Notes under the pieces: model-generated | The model's input: only the letters and a program-made list of their open reading frames with translations | Databases searched by the model: none | What the model was told of the DNA's origin: nothing | Shown here: positions 28,060 to 41,329 of the stretch, one piece after another | Numbering within the stretch: the stretch's first letter is position 1 | Layout of the letters: each line of letters begins with the position of its first letter | Made by a program: the position numbers and the translations under genes | Assembly (NCBI GenBank): GCA_002269645.1 | Contig: NIVC01002949.1 | Span: forward strand, 65,006-129,005 | DNA: 64,000 nucleotides | Reading direction: 5' to 3' | From: Macrostomum lignano | Taxonomy: Eukaryota

Positions 28060-28900
28060 TGACTTAGATCCCAGATGCCGATCCAGATCCCAGATTCTGA
28101 CCCAGATCCCAGATTCTGACCCAGATCCCAGATTCTGAATTTCTGGCCCAGATCCCAGATTCTGACCCAGATCCCAGATGCTGATCCAGATCCCAGATTC
28201 TGACCCAGATCCCAGATGCTGATCCAGATCCCAGATTCTGACCCAGATCCCAGATTCTGAATTTCTGACCCAGATCCCAGATTCTGACCCAGATCCCAGA
28301 TGCCGATCCAGATCCCAGATTCTGACCCAGATCCCAGATTCTGACCCAGATCCCAGATTCTGACCCAGATCCCAGATTCTGAATTTCTGGCCCAGATCCC
28401 AGATTCTGACCCAGATCCCAGATGCTGATCCAGATCCCAGATTCTGATCCAGATCCCAGATTCTGACCCAGATCCCAGATTCTGACCCAAATCCCAGATT
28501 CTGAATTTCTGACCCAGATCCCAGATTCTGACCCAGATCCCAGATTCTGAATTTCTGACCCAGATCCCAGATTCTGACCCAGATCCCAGATGCTGATCCA
28601 GATCCCAGAATATGATCCAGATCCCAGATTATGATCCAGATCCCAGATTCTGATCCAGATCCCAGATTCTGATCCAGATCCCAGATTCTGACCCAGATCC
28701 CAGATTCTGACCCAGATCCCAGATTATGATTCAGATCCCAGATTCTGTTCCAGATCCCAAATTCTGACCCAGATCCCAGATTATGATTCAGATCCCAGAT
28801 TGTGATCCAGATCCCAAATTCTGACCGAGATCTCAGATTCTGACCCAGATTCAAAATTCTGACCCAGATTACAGATTCTGACCCAGTTCTCAGATTCGAG
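28060..28900. repeat. 19-bp minisatellite downstream of SARA stop
   Basis: Unit cagatcccagattctgacc with ctgaattt insertion variants. Confidence 0.95.
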
Positions 28901-30231
28901 AGATTTATCCTATGTCAAGTAACACTGACCTCGAAACTTAAAAGAGATTTTTTTCGTTTTTCTTTTGTTTCTTTCACTTTTCCTTTGCTATTGCCTGTTG
29001 ATTTTGATGTCTTTTTAAAACCATAAAAATTATCATAAATCAGTTATATTTACCCTGTGTCTTGCAAAATTAGGATCACATGTACAAGATCATTGGTCTC
29101 ACTGTATTCTAGCATTGACTAGATGAATGACCTAATTAACTCATTCAAATTAATTAACCATCGCATCCTTCCACTTTTTAGGTATACGCGTCATTTTTGT
29201 TTTATTTATTTATACGGGCTGGATAATTTATTTTTATAACGGTGACAATGGTTATAACGATGCTAAGATAACAATTTTGAAGTACAAGTACACTGCGTCA
29301 TTCTATTCCGACACTGAAATAGATAATAGGTTGACTTGACACATCTCTAATGACAAATTATTTGACTTAGGGAATCATTAATTTATTTCCATGCTTTGTT
29401 TTAATTGCCAGCCAACCTTCTTCGACATCATGTACATGCACATGCGCAGTATGATCGGGAATTTACACTTGCTCAATTATGTTAGGTCTAGATATTGTAT
29501 TATTTATTTACTATCTATGTCTTGTGTTGTCCTTTACAGTGTAGAAATGATTATTTTGGTCGCGGTATTACATGTATGTAGACTTTGTCGATCAGTGGGT
29601 TTGTAAATTTTTGTAAATTTAATTCGGTTATCATTACGTACATTTAATAATCAAGCGTTTTGAAATATTTTTCCAAATACATATGATTGCCACACTTTAG
29701 CTAACAGATTATTAAAGCGGAAATTTCTTAACTGCGCGTCACTTGCGTTTATTTTTACTACACTGGATCGATCTTTAGCATCCAACTAAAGTGGGTCGTT
29801 TTTGTTTAATTAATTTGACGTCATGGTTCTTATTTTTTTCGCTCTAGGAAAGTGTGATTCATAATCTTATTAAATCCATCAAATCGATCCGACCCCTCAC
29901 CCCTGTTTACAACTAGTTTATTTATTTTTATCAGGATACTTTCAAATGATTAATTTATTAATGTTGACAGACATGAGTCATTAAGTTATTTTCGAATCTT
30001 GATTTATTGACAATCGAGTGCACTTACTGACATTAATTAATGTTGGTGCCTTGCATTATAACTTGAATCTGTGACCCAGAAGTCGCAGATTTATTTTTAA
30101 TGAGTATCAAATAAAATCCAAATATACTAAATATCTAAGGTTTGTACAAAGTATGTTTGAATGTCCATAACGCTCTAGTCAAACATTCTAAATGCAAATT
30201 TTAGTAACGGATATAAGAAGCGAATTATACG

Positions 30232-30924
30232 CAAGGACGACTTAAGTAGAAGGACGGGAAATCTCGCTTCTTAGAAAAGTTTTGAAGGCACTTTTTTCCC
30301 GAAAAAAATACACTACGGAGATAGTTTTCATTTTTTCAGCACAAAAATTGTTATTGCGTTTGATAGGAGGCAGATCCTGTGTTAATCTTTTGATATGTTG
30401 TGCCTTTTTTATTGCTCTATCGATATTTATAAAGCTTTTCGTTCAGAAAATTAGGATTCTATGTTAATTTTTTATTCTACGTATATTTCCTGTATCTACA
30501 AAATCACAAAAATGCATGACACAGCTCCAATATTTGGTTTTATGAACCTATTTTATCATCTCTGTTACAAATGTTTGCTACACAGTCGGGTAAGAATGAT
30601 AAAATAGACTCATGAAACCAAAGAGCCGAGCCGTGGCATTCTAATGTATTTCAAGCACAAGACACGCGAAAATATACGGAAAATAAAAAATTAACATAGA
30701 ATCCTAATTTTCTGAACGAAAAGCTTTATAAATATCGATAGAGCAATAAAAAAGGCACAACATATCAAAAGATGAACACTCCTGTCTCCTATCAAACGCA
30801 ATAACAATTTTTGTGCTGAAAAAATGAAAACTTCCTATCTCCGTAGTGTTTTTTTTCGGGAAAAGTGCCTTCAAAACTTTTCTAAGAAACGAGGTTTCCC
30901 GTCCTTCTACTTAAGTCGTCCTTG
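30232..30924. mobile_element. MITE with about 245-bp TIRs and 8-bp TSD (P-element- or hAT-like)
   Basis: Ends caaggacgacttaag ... cttaagtcgtccttg; attatacg at 30224-30231 and 30925-30932; 30232-30475 is the near-perfect reverse complement of about 30680-30924. Confidence 0.9.
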
Positions 30925-31257
30925 ATTATACGATGCAAGATATTTAGATCGTGTAAGCCTTTAATAAATGCGATTCTACTAATTATGAATGTGTTTAAAA
31001 TAGGCATTTTTATTTTAAAATTACACTAAAGCAGTAATATTACATTAACTGCTTAAGTAAATGCTATTTAGTTCAAACTATTGTTTTATTTTATTTTCCA
31101 CGACTTTTGACGAGTATGAACTTCCTATCATTTCTTGGAAAAATCAAAAGATCGACCGACCACCAAAGAGGATCAACTTGTAATTGATACTTGGTCACAG
31201 CACTTGAGCCTACTCATTTTTTTATAATTAATTATTATTTATATTGTCATTCAGAGA

Positions 31258-34200
31258 ATGGAAGCCCTTTTTAGTTTGCCTTTCCAAGTTTTCATATGCC
31301 CAAATCTAAAATTACGCAAGCCATCATGGCTTAAAACGCCATCTCCAATGTTTGTCTTCGCGCTTATCTTGGTGTCATACTTTCTTGTAACTGGAGGTAA
31401 GTTTGTAACTTTTCAGTGCATATTTAATTGCTGAGACAATGGCATAAAGGGTTTTAAGATGTTTCAGTGCTCGATTTTTTTGTTGTGCGAATGTGTGCGT
31501 TTTCATTCGTTTTGTATTATTAATTTATTAAATTTAGTTTTAGCCTAGGCAATGATTAGGCAATGTCAGAATGCTAGCTAGTCCCATGCCGAAAAGCTCT
31601 GAAACGGAAACCATATAATTCTCATTTAATATCTTAGCAGTCAACCAAAAGGTAGATCTAAACTCATTGAATAACTAAAATACAGTGTTGGGCACCGTTA
31701 ATGAAAATCTTAACTTCCGTTAATAGCAAAAGCGTTAGCGTTAAAACAAAAAAATCTTAACTTTTTAACTCCTAATTTCGTTAAGTTAACTGAAAGTTAA
31801 CTGATAATCATTAATAAGTGTTAATCCATTAAAGTTAACATAGAAAATATGGAAATCTTGCACATTTTTTCCAAAACAGACTTCGTATTGCATGTCTTTG
31901 CTATTCCATCTTTTTAGCGAAACACAGAAGTCATCTAAGCAATCCTATATACTAAAAATGAAATGTCTGTAACTAACTAGCTATGCGATAGATTTCAGAA
32001 AAAATGGCTCAACCGATTTTCTTCAAACTAGCACCATTCGATCAGAAATTTTCCTGGGACGGTACATGCATCTTGGCTAAGAAATTGCTCAATGTTAAAG
32101 GGATTAAATATTCGAAAAACATGCTTTTTTGCAAAGGTCAAGCCAAATTTTTGACTTGAAATGAATTGTAAGAATGCTAGAGAAAAAACTGACTGGCTGA
32201 ATTACGATTGTGATAAAGATTGCATCACAACAAGTTGAAAACAGTGCCACAGAAACGCACACAAGACTTCATTGAAATTGCGTAACCATATTGCTAACTT
32301 GAATTGAGACTGATACTGGCTGACTGAGAAATTGATTATGTCATAACTTTTTACTCTAACTGACTTGCTATAAGAATTTATTATAAGGGCCACAATTCAA
32401 GTTCTCCAATTGAAAAGAGATAGCTGGATGCAAACAGACTGGAATGCTAATGTAGCGACCTTGGTTCGAATCTTAGTAGTGAAAAATGTTTTTTTTATTA
32501 AAACACCTTAAAAACACAAAATTCTAAACATTAAAGAGCCACCATTTCAAACATTAAAGAGCCACAATGTCAAACATTAAAGAGCCACCATTTCAAACCT
32601 AAAAGAGCCACCATGTCGAACATTAAAGAGCCACCATGTCGAACATAAAAGAGCCACCATATCAAACATAAAAGAGTTACCATGTCAAACATTAAAGAGC
32701 CACCATGTCGAACATTAAAGAGCCACAATGTCAAACATTAAAGAGCCACCATTTCAAACCTAAAAGAGCCACCATGTCGAACAATAAAAAGCCACCATGT
32801 CAAACATTAAAAAGCCACCATGTCAAACATTAAAGAGACACCATTTCAAACCTAAAAGAGTTACCATGTCAAACATTAAAGAGCCGCCATGTCAAACATA
32901 AAACAGACACCATTAAGAACATTAAAGAGCCACCATGTCGAACATTAAAGAGCCACCATGTCAAACATAAAACAGCCACCATTTCGAAAATTAAAGAGCC
33001 ACCATTTTAAACATTAAAGAGCCACCTTATCAAACATTAAAGAGCCACCATGTCGAATATAAAAGAGCCACCATGTAGAACATAAAAGAGTCACCATGTC
33101 AAACATTAAAGAGCCACCATGTAAAACATTAAAGAGCCACCATGTCGAACATAAAAGAGGTACCATGTCAAACATTAAAGACCCACCAGGTCAAACATGA
33201 AAGTGCCACCATGTCAAATATTAAAAAGCCACCATGTCAAACATTAAAGAGCCACCAGGTCAAACATGAAAGTGCCACCATATAAAACATTAAAGAGCCA
33301 CCATGTCAAACATTAAAGAGCCACCAGGTCAAACATATACATGACTCCATGTCAAACATTAAAGAGCCACCATGTCGAACATAAAAGGGCCACCATGTCA
33401 AATATTAAAGAGCCACCATGTCAAACATTAAAGAGCCACCAGGTCAAACATGAAAGTGCCACCATGTAAAACATTAAAGAGCCACCATGTAAAACATTAA
33501 AGAGCCACCATGTAAAACATTAAAGAGCCACCATGTAAAACATTAAAGAGCTACCATATCAGACATATACATGACTCCATGTCAAACATATACGTGACTC
33601 CATGTTAGACATTAAATAGCCACCATGTCGAACATTAAAGAGCCAACGTGTTAAAAATACAAGAGCCACCATGTCAAACATATACATGACTCCATGTCAA
33701 ACATTGAAGAGACACCATGTCGAACATAAAAGAGCCACCATGCAAAACATAAAAGAGCCACCAGGTCTAACATTAAAGAGCCACCATGGCAAACATATAC
33801 ATGACTCTATGTCGAACAATCAAGAGCCACCATGTCAAACATATACATGACTCCATGTCAAACGTTAAAGAGACACCATGTCAAACATTAAAGAGCCACC
33901 ATGTCAAACATTTAAGAGCCACCAGGTCAAACATGAAAGTGCCACCATGTCAAACATATACGTAACTCCATGTCAAACATTGAAGAGACCCCATGTCAAA
34001 CATTAAAGAGCCACCACGTCGAACATAAAAGAGCCACCATGTAAAACATATATGTAACTCCATGTCAAACATTGAAGCAACACCATGTCGAACATAAAAG
34101 AGCCACCATGTCGAACATTAAAGAGCCACCATGTCGAACATAAAAGAGCTACCATGTCAAACATTAAAGAGCCACCATGTCGAACATTAAAGAGCCACCA

Positions 34201-37200
34201 TGTCAAAAATTAAAGAGCCACCATGTCTATCATTGAAGAGCCATCATGTCAAACATTAAAGAGCTACTTTGTCTAACATTAAAGAGCCACCATGTCAAAC
34301 ATTAAAGAGCCACCATGTCAAACATTAAAGAGCCACCATGTCAAACATAAAAGAGCCACCTTTTTGAACATTAAAGAGCCACCATTTCGAACATTAAAGA
34401 GCCACCATGTCAAACATAATAGAGCCACCATGTCAAACATTAAAAAGCCACTTTGTCAAACATAGAAGAGCCCCCATGTCAAACATAGAAGAGCCCCCAT
34501 GTCAAACATAGAAGAGCCCCCATGTCAAACATAGAAGAGCCACTATGTCAGACATTGAAAAGCCACCGTATCAAACATAAAAGAGTTACCATGTACGAGC
34601 GTAGAACATAAAAGAGCCACCCTGTTAAACATAAAAGATACACAATTTCAAACGTAAAAGTAAGCGAATTTTAAAGGAGCCGCTACAATGCTAAGGAAAT
34701 TGTCGCACTAGCTACTTATTGTCTGGTGGATGCTTGCTATTTGGGGATGCTATCTATCTTGGGGATGCTTGCTATCTGGGGGATGCTTGCTATCTGGGGG
34801 ATGCTTGCTATCTGGGGGATGCTTGCTATCTGGGGGATGCTTGCTATCTGAGGGATGCTTGCTATCTTGGGGATGCTTGCTATCTGGGGATGCTTGCAAT
34901 CTGGGGGATGCTTGCTATCTTGGGGATGCTTGCTATCTTGGGGATGCTTGCTATCTGGGGGATGCTTGCTATCTGAGGGATGCTTGCTATCTTGGGGATG
35001 CTTGCTATCTGGGGGATGCTTGCAATCTGGGGGATGCTTGCTATCTTGGGGATGCTTGCTATCTGGGGGATGCTTGCTATCTTGGGGATGCTTGCTATCT
35101 GGGGGATGCTTGCTATCTGGGGGATGCTTGCTATCTGGGGGATGCTTGCAGTCTTGGGATGATTTCTTTTTGCAATGCACTTCATTTGAGCAGTTTGTCT
35201 GTTGTCTTTTTGAAGGATTTTTGGCTGTCTTTTTGTTACTTGTAGAAAACAGAGATTCTATCCAGATGTCCCCCATCGGGGGGCGAAGATTGCTAGTTTG
35301 AAAGCTAAAAAAGTAATAAATAATAATTTTAAAAACTTGCATGCATAATACTACTATAAGTAAAGCATATGGTAAAAAAAGTAACTACTTTTATTTGAAA
35401 CTTAAGAGCTAATAATGAGAAATTCATAAGTAAATATGCATAAGGTTGTTTCAGTACCATTAGCAGGCGCAGCAGAAAGTTGCGAAAGATTGGGACAGAA
35501 GTGAATCAAAGCGATTGATGCTCACACGCAAGAAAAAAAGTTTCACACTATTTTAATTCATTATTTTAAAGTTTATTTCTAAGAAGTTGTTAATTACATG
35601 TACATCTGTATGATCATCGTCATAAATAAAGAGATTATATTTAGGCATATAGGTAAGCTCAAATACGTTCGTACTGTTTAAACTTCTTGTAAGACTTCTA
35701 TTTTTTTGTTCCTTCTTTGTGTCTTTGGTCATTGACATAAACATTACCGTTAACAATGAATTTATCATTAATTCACAAATTTTTAACACAAATTCATTAA
35801 TTCGTTAGTTCAAAAAAATCTTAACGATAGTCCATTAATGTTAATGAAAAATCTTAATACTTATTAACGCTTATTAACAGACTGGTGCCCAACACAGCTA
35901 AAATAGATAATATCTTATAATTATAGGATGTAGACTGGCGAAATCCAAAATTGTTGGCAAGTTTTTAGAAAATTTGTTTTTTGGCAATTTGAAATCAATA
36001 AAGCTATAGAATTAATTTATTTGAGCTTAAAAAGTTAGAAGTATCTATAAAAGCACAAATTATTAATGTATAGCCTAAGGGTTTAGGCCTATTTGTTTAT
36101 CACTTATTACTATTAACAATGTGTATTTTATAGAGTTAATTTGCAATTAATACTGTATTTAACATTAAGTTTATTATTTAAGCATACAAATTCCCATAAG
36201 GATTGGAAAATTACATTTTACTTAGGTCTTAGCTTTTACTGAAACAATTTGGAAAAAAAAATTTCCTGTATATATGCCGCAATGATACATATTTTTATAG
36301 TATAATTTTGTTGTTCTTTATTGCTTAATAAACATATGGTAAACATCTAATTTGGAAGCCAGGTAACACATTGGAACCATAAGGATCTGAAAATTGCATT
36401 TTACTTAGCTTCTACTAAAGCAATTTGGAAAATTCTTTTTTTCTTGTATATGCCCTGCAATGAAATATATTAAGTGTAATTTCATTGTTTCAGTGTAATT
36501 GCCTCATAAGCCTACAGAAAGGATTTGATTTGGATGCCGGGTTCATATTTTGTGGTACCATTTTTACCCAAAAATTTTAAGTCTAAATATAGGCATATTA
36601 TAGCCTATATACTAATACCATACAAGTTGATATTTAAATGAAAGAAAACAACTTAAATATTATTTTGCAACAAGGAATTAGCAGTATATTTACTTTTAGA
36701 GAAAGATGTTTGCTGGCAAACTTTGCACTTTAAATTAGTATGAATTTTTGCAACTTTATATGATTTTAGAAAAACTTAGAAATCCTTAGAAATACTTAAT
36801 CTTTTTGAATAAAATAAAAAGTAAAACACTGAATACTTTCTGTTTTGTAAGTAGTGAAAAAGTTAGCCTTCTCTAAGGTCTACAAGTCTGAAAATTAATT
36901 GTTTATAAATTAAAAATGAAACAAAAAATTGCAAATTGGTTAACTCAGACTTTTAAAATACTTTTTTGTGTTTTTTTTACTCATGTATTCAGTAATGTAA
37001 AGCATGAAAACAATAGTTTTTATCCAGAACTTTTTTTCAAAGTCTAATCTATCTTTCAAAAAGCTTTTTTTAGATACATTACCTTCCATCAAATGTCCAC
37101 AGATTTGTTTTACCATTTTATCCCATGTTTTTGGATTTTGCCAGACTGTATAATTATTTTTTGTAAAAATATAGAATGAAATTTAAATAAACTATAGAAT

Positions 37201-40200
37201 GAAATCATTATGCACTAAGAAGAAACTGTATAATATATAGCTTTTTTGTTATTAGGTAATGCAAGCTTTTATGGGCTAAAAGTAAAATAAATGATGTCAC
37301 TAATACTATTTTTATATAGTTTAAGCTTTGCCTTAGGTTAAATGGTACAAAACAATTAATTATTTTTAGAAGACCCTAAAGACTGTTTAAAATTTATTTT
37401 TAGCAATTATTATTATTCAATAATAGAAGTTTAAATCTTTTTCAAGTTCAAAGTTATTTTTTTAGAATTTAAAGAATTTGAACCATTTTTTACTTTGAAT
37501 TAACAATAAATAAATAATAGTGCAATAGGGGCCTATGCATAAAACTTAGTATTTTATATACAAAAAGCATTTTAAAAATAATTTTAGCTGACAAAGGTGT
37601 TCTTTATATATTAAAATTATAAGCATTTTCTAAATCTAAATTGTACAAAACATTGTAATTTTTCTAGATTTTTTATGAAGCAGTTTTGTAATTAATTATT
37701 AATTACAAATGTATATGCAGTGCCATAGACAGAAAAATGACCTTTTTCATAGAAAAATTATAGTGCAAAAAGGTGTTGCACATGCATTTTGCTAGTACAT
37801 TTTTGCATATTAGCATGTAGGCCAAGTTTGGAACACTATATATATCTTAGAAAAAAAGAGGACCTAAATTTTTCTATATGCCAATATAGTACCTTATGCA
37901 AAGCTGTAAATTTGTCAGTCTTGAAATGTTTATATTAGGCTAGTGATTTTTATATTCAATTTCAATTAGACAAAGTCTATATACTAAAAATTGGTTTGTC
38001 AATATCTAGGTAGGTAAAGGTATATGATTGATTTCAGAAAGAAACTGTTCAACCAATTTTCTTTGAACCTTAGAAACTAAAATAGTAGTTATATTTATAT
38101 AATGTTTCATGTATATAAAGAACAAAAATCAAAATTTATATTTTTGTTAGAAATCCATACCTTTACCTTGTAAAAAACAAAGAAATTAGTTTTGCATTAA
38201 TTAGTTATCAAAATTTATGATTATAAATGCATAGACAACTGTTGTGACAATTATTTATAATGTAATTGGCCAATAACTAGCCAATATAATTGGTAAATGT
38301 ATATACCAAATACTTAAATATACCCTAGAGATTTTTAGCATATATGCATTTTTCTTGACTATGGCATGCAAAGAAAAAAATCAACACCGTATGGAACAAG
38401 ACAAAAAATCAGTGAAATTTGGTATAGGATAAGATATTTTAATTTGACATTATTTTTGCTAATAGAAAATATATTGACTGCTTTTTTTAATTAAAATATA
38501 TCAGTATTGTAGCTTCTATAAAACATATTAAAAAAACAAAAAAAAAATAAATTTAGGCTTTAGCTTTTATTATTAAAGTTGACAATTTCTCTTACACTTA
38601 TAGTTACACAAGTTATACTTGCAAGATTATTGTAAAAATTGGTGGTATGTTGTAGTTTTTTCTGACAAAGAATAGTTTAATACATAGTATAAGCAAACTT
38701 GTTTGATAAGAATAGCTCCAAAACACAGCACAAGCTAACTTTTTTATAGGATTTGTTCTGGTACAGGTGTTGCCATGATCCTAACTATAGAAGCAATGTA
38801 CATAGGAAATGAACAGAAAAATATATCCACAATTGTTTTTTGTTTTTTTAAATAGGAATTATATTAAAATATGTTTGCTAAGATTTGCAAAAACTTGTAG
38901 TACCTCCTTTGCAATAGCTTTGGCACTTGTGAAAATGCAAGTCTATAGTATATCATTCCTTGATAGCATTCTTTGAAAATACTAGTCCAAAAATGTACCC
39001 TTGCTATGGTGCTATTTAGATAACATTGAAGTCCCTTTAAATGATAGTCCCTTTAAAAAGTCCCTTTATATTCTTATTGTTTTATTGATAGATTTTAATC
39101 TAATTTACAAGCATAATGTTACCAATGTTTATTGTTTGAGAACTGAAGATTTGTTAGTAGAAAAAAACCTTGATGCTTAGTAAATAGTAATGCTTATTAT
39201 TGAACTAATACTTATTAACAGACTATTTTTATGGCTAATTATTTTATTAGTTTTGTTAGTTAAACCTTAGATAACAAATTTGCTTAATTGCAAGTCTATA
39301 AAAACTAAATCATAATAAATCAACTACAATTATGTGAAAATATAATCACTATTTGCTACCAAATCTATACCTTAGAAGGTTTTAGTATGGGCTTAAATAT
39401 GGGCTATATTACAGTAATCTAATCTATGTCACTATTTGTACTATCTGTAGGTGTCATCTATGATGTAATTGTTGAGCCGCCATCAATTGGATCAACTACA
39501 GATGCCAATGGCAAGAGCAAGCCTGTAAGTTAAAATCTAATGCATCAGTTATCTGCTTAAAGATTAATACTTTTTACTCTTAAATTACTTCTCATTATTA
39601 TTTATCCAGGTTGCCTTCATGGCTTACCGTATCAATGGCCAATACATCATGGAGGGCCTGGCCTCCAGCTTCATGTTTCTGCTTGGCGGCTGCGGCTTCA
39701 TCATTCTGGATCAGACTAACAAGCCTAGCCTGCCTAAGCTGAACCGGATTATCCTATTGGCTATTGGCCTATTGGCCATCCTAGTTGGATTCTTTGTTAG
39801 CCGGGTGTTTATCAAGTTCAAGCTGCCGTAAGTTTATTGAGGCTTGTTGAGCTTGGCATTGGTAGGATTAAGGCTAGGATTATGACAATAAACTGAAAGA
39901 AGCTTTTACTGGCAAAGACCCATAAAGATCCCAGTTATCCTAATATGGAATCAAAATATCCTATTCGTAATCTAGCATCCCAATATTCTAATCTAGAATC
40001 CCAGTATCCTAATCTAGAATCCCAGTATCCTAATCTAGAATCCCAATATCCTAATCTAGAATCCCAGTATCCTAATCTAGAATCCCAATATCCTAATCTA
40101 GAATAATAATGCCCTAATCTAGAATTCCAATCCTTATCTAGAATACTAATATCCTAATCTAGAATCCCAATATCCTAATCTAGAATCCACCATCCTAATC

Positions 40201-40544
40201 TAGAATCCTACGAGTAATATTCTAATCTGGAGTCTAATATCCAAATCTAGAATCCTAATACCCAAATCTGTTCTAATATCCTAATCTGGAAATTTAATAT
40301 CCTATTCTAGAATCCTAATATCCTAATTTGGAATCATAATATCCTAATCTGTTATTCTAATATCCTAATCTGGAAATTTAATGTCCTAATCTAGAATCCC
40401 ATCATCCTAATCTGTTATGCTAATAAACTAATCTGGGATCTTTAATCTCCTTATCTGGAATCTCAATATACTCTAATATAAAAAAGAAAACCATTTTTAC
40501 AATATTTACCTCATCAAATTTCCAGATCGTACCTGGGCAACTGA
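31258..40544 (+). CDS. OSTC: Oligosaccharyltransferase complex subunit OSTC (DC2), 149 aa
   Basis: Exons 31258-31396, 39451-39524, 39610-39827, 40526-40544: [24 protein letters not shown]...[21 protein letters not shown]...[17 protein letters not shown]...KLPSYLGN. Exon 1 is not in the ORF track. Confidence 0.95.
32530..34640. repeat. 23-bp degenerate minisatellite inside the Helitron
   Basis: Unit gccaccatgtcaaacattaaaga, roughly 90 copies. Confidence 0.95.
34720..35160. repeat. 18-bp minisatellite inside the Helitron
   Basis: Unit atgcttgctatctggggg. Confidence 0.95.
37976..38070 (+). mobile_element. Decayed second copy of the Helitron 5' end
   Basis: tctatatactaaaaat...gatttcagaaagaaactgttcaaccaattttctttgaac aligns with 31943-32030. 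Confidence 0.6.
39950..40450. repeat. 21-bp degenerate minisatellite in OSTC intron 3
   Basis: Unit aatcccagtatcctaatctag. Confidence 0.9.
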
Positions 40545-41329
40545 TTCATGCTTGGCTGCACCAGCATCATTATTTGCATCCTATGGATCAAAATTTCCGA
40601 CAATTGCTCTGCTTTAAGACTTCAAACTAACTAGTTGGTTATCTTTATATTTAACTTCAATAGTTTCCATTGCTATTGCAGATTTGCAAACTTTAATTTA
40701 ATCTGCATATTACTTGTCAGTGGCGGACTAGCAGCGGTTTCGGGTCATTGTTATCACAAAAGTAGCAGATCACATTGCAGTCACAATAGAGTTTTTCTTC
40801 TGTTTGTTGAGTTTTTTTAATCATTTTGCAATTCGGTGTATTTCCTGTGTCAACATTTTCCTCTCTCCTGCTCTGAATGATTGTACTATTCTCAAGCCCT
40901 TTTTGATTTATTATTCGCGTTATCAGTTAAAAATGCTATTTGGGTATTTGTATTTCTCTAGCCTTTTTGTCAAATTAGCCCATTAGTTTTGCGTACATAG
41001 AATTGTTGCTGTGTCTCAGACGTTAAAAATAACAATAAATGAAGCCACGATTTTGTGTGTCCCTGGACTGCCACTACTTAACAGTCTGGGCATGAAGTAA
41101 TTTAAATAATTTCAATGCTTCTCAAGTTACTTACTACAGGAATTCAGTTGCTCGAAATAAGAACTCAAATTAGAGAAAGTTGTTGCAAGCCTCTTGACCT
41201 CTTGACGCACGAACTTGCGAAGGCCGTCCAATAAGAAGCTTATCATGCGTATCATGCGAAGTCATGCGTTCAGCTTGTGTTTCACCTCAGTCAGGTAGGT
41301 AAAATAGTGACCGAAGGGATCCAGACGAT

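Larger units (their letters stand above)
31943..35296 (+). mobile_element. Non-autonomous Helitron nested in the hAT element
   Basis: 5' A|TCctatatactaaaaatgaaatgtctgt...ggctcaaccgattttcttcaaact; 3' hairpin cccccatcgggggg then CTAG|T at 35293-35296; A|T insertion site, no TSD. Confidence 0.75.
31683..35897. mobile_element. Non-autonomous hAT-type element in OSTC intron 1
   Basis: TIR cagtgttgggcacc / ggtgcccaacacag (1 mismatch); perfect 8-bp TSD ctaaaata at 31675-31682 and 35898-35905; gttaa/ttaac subterminal motifs at both ends. Confidence 0.88.
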
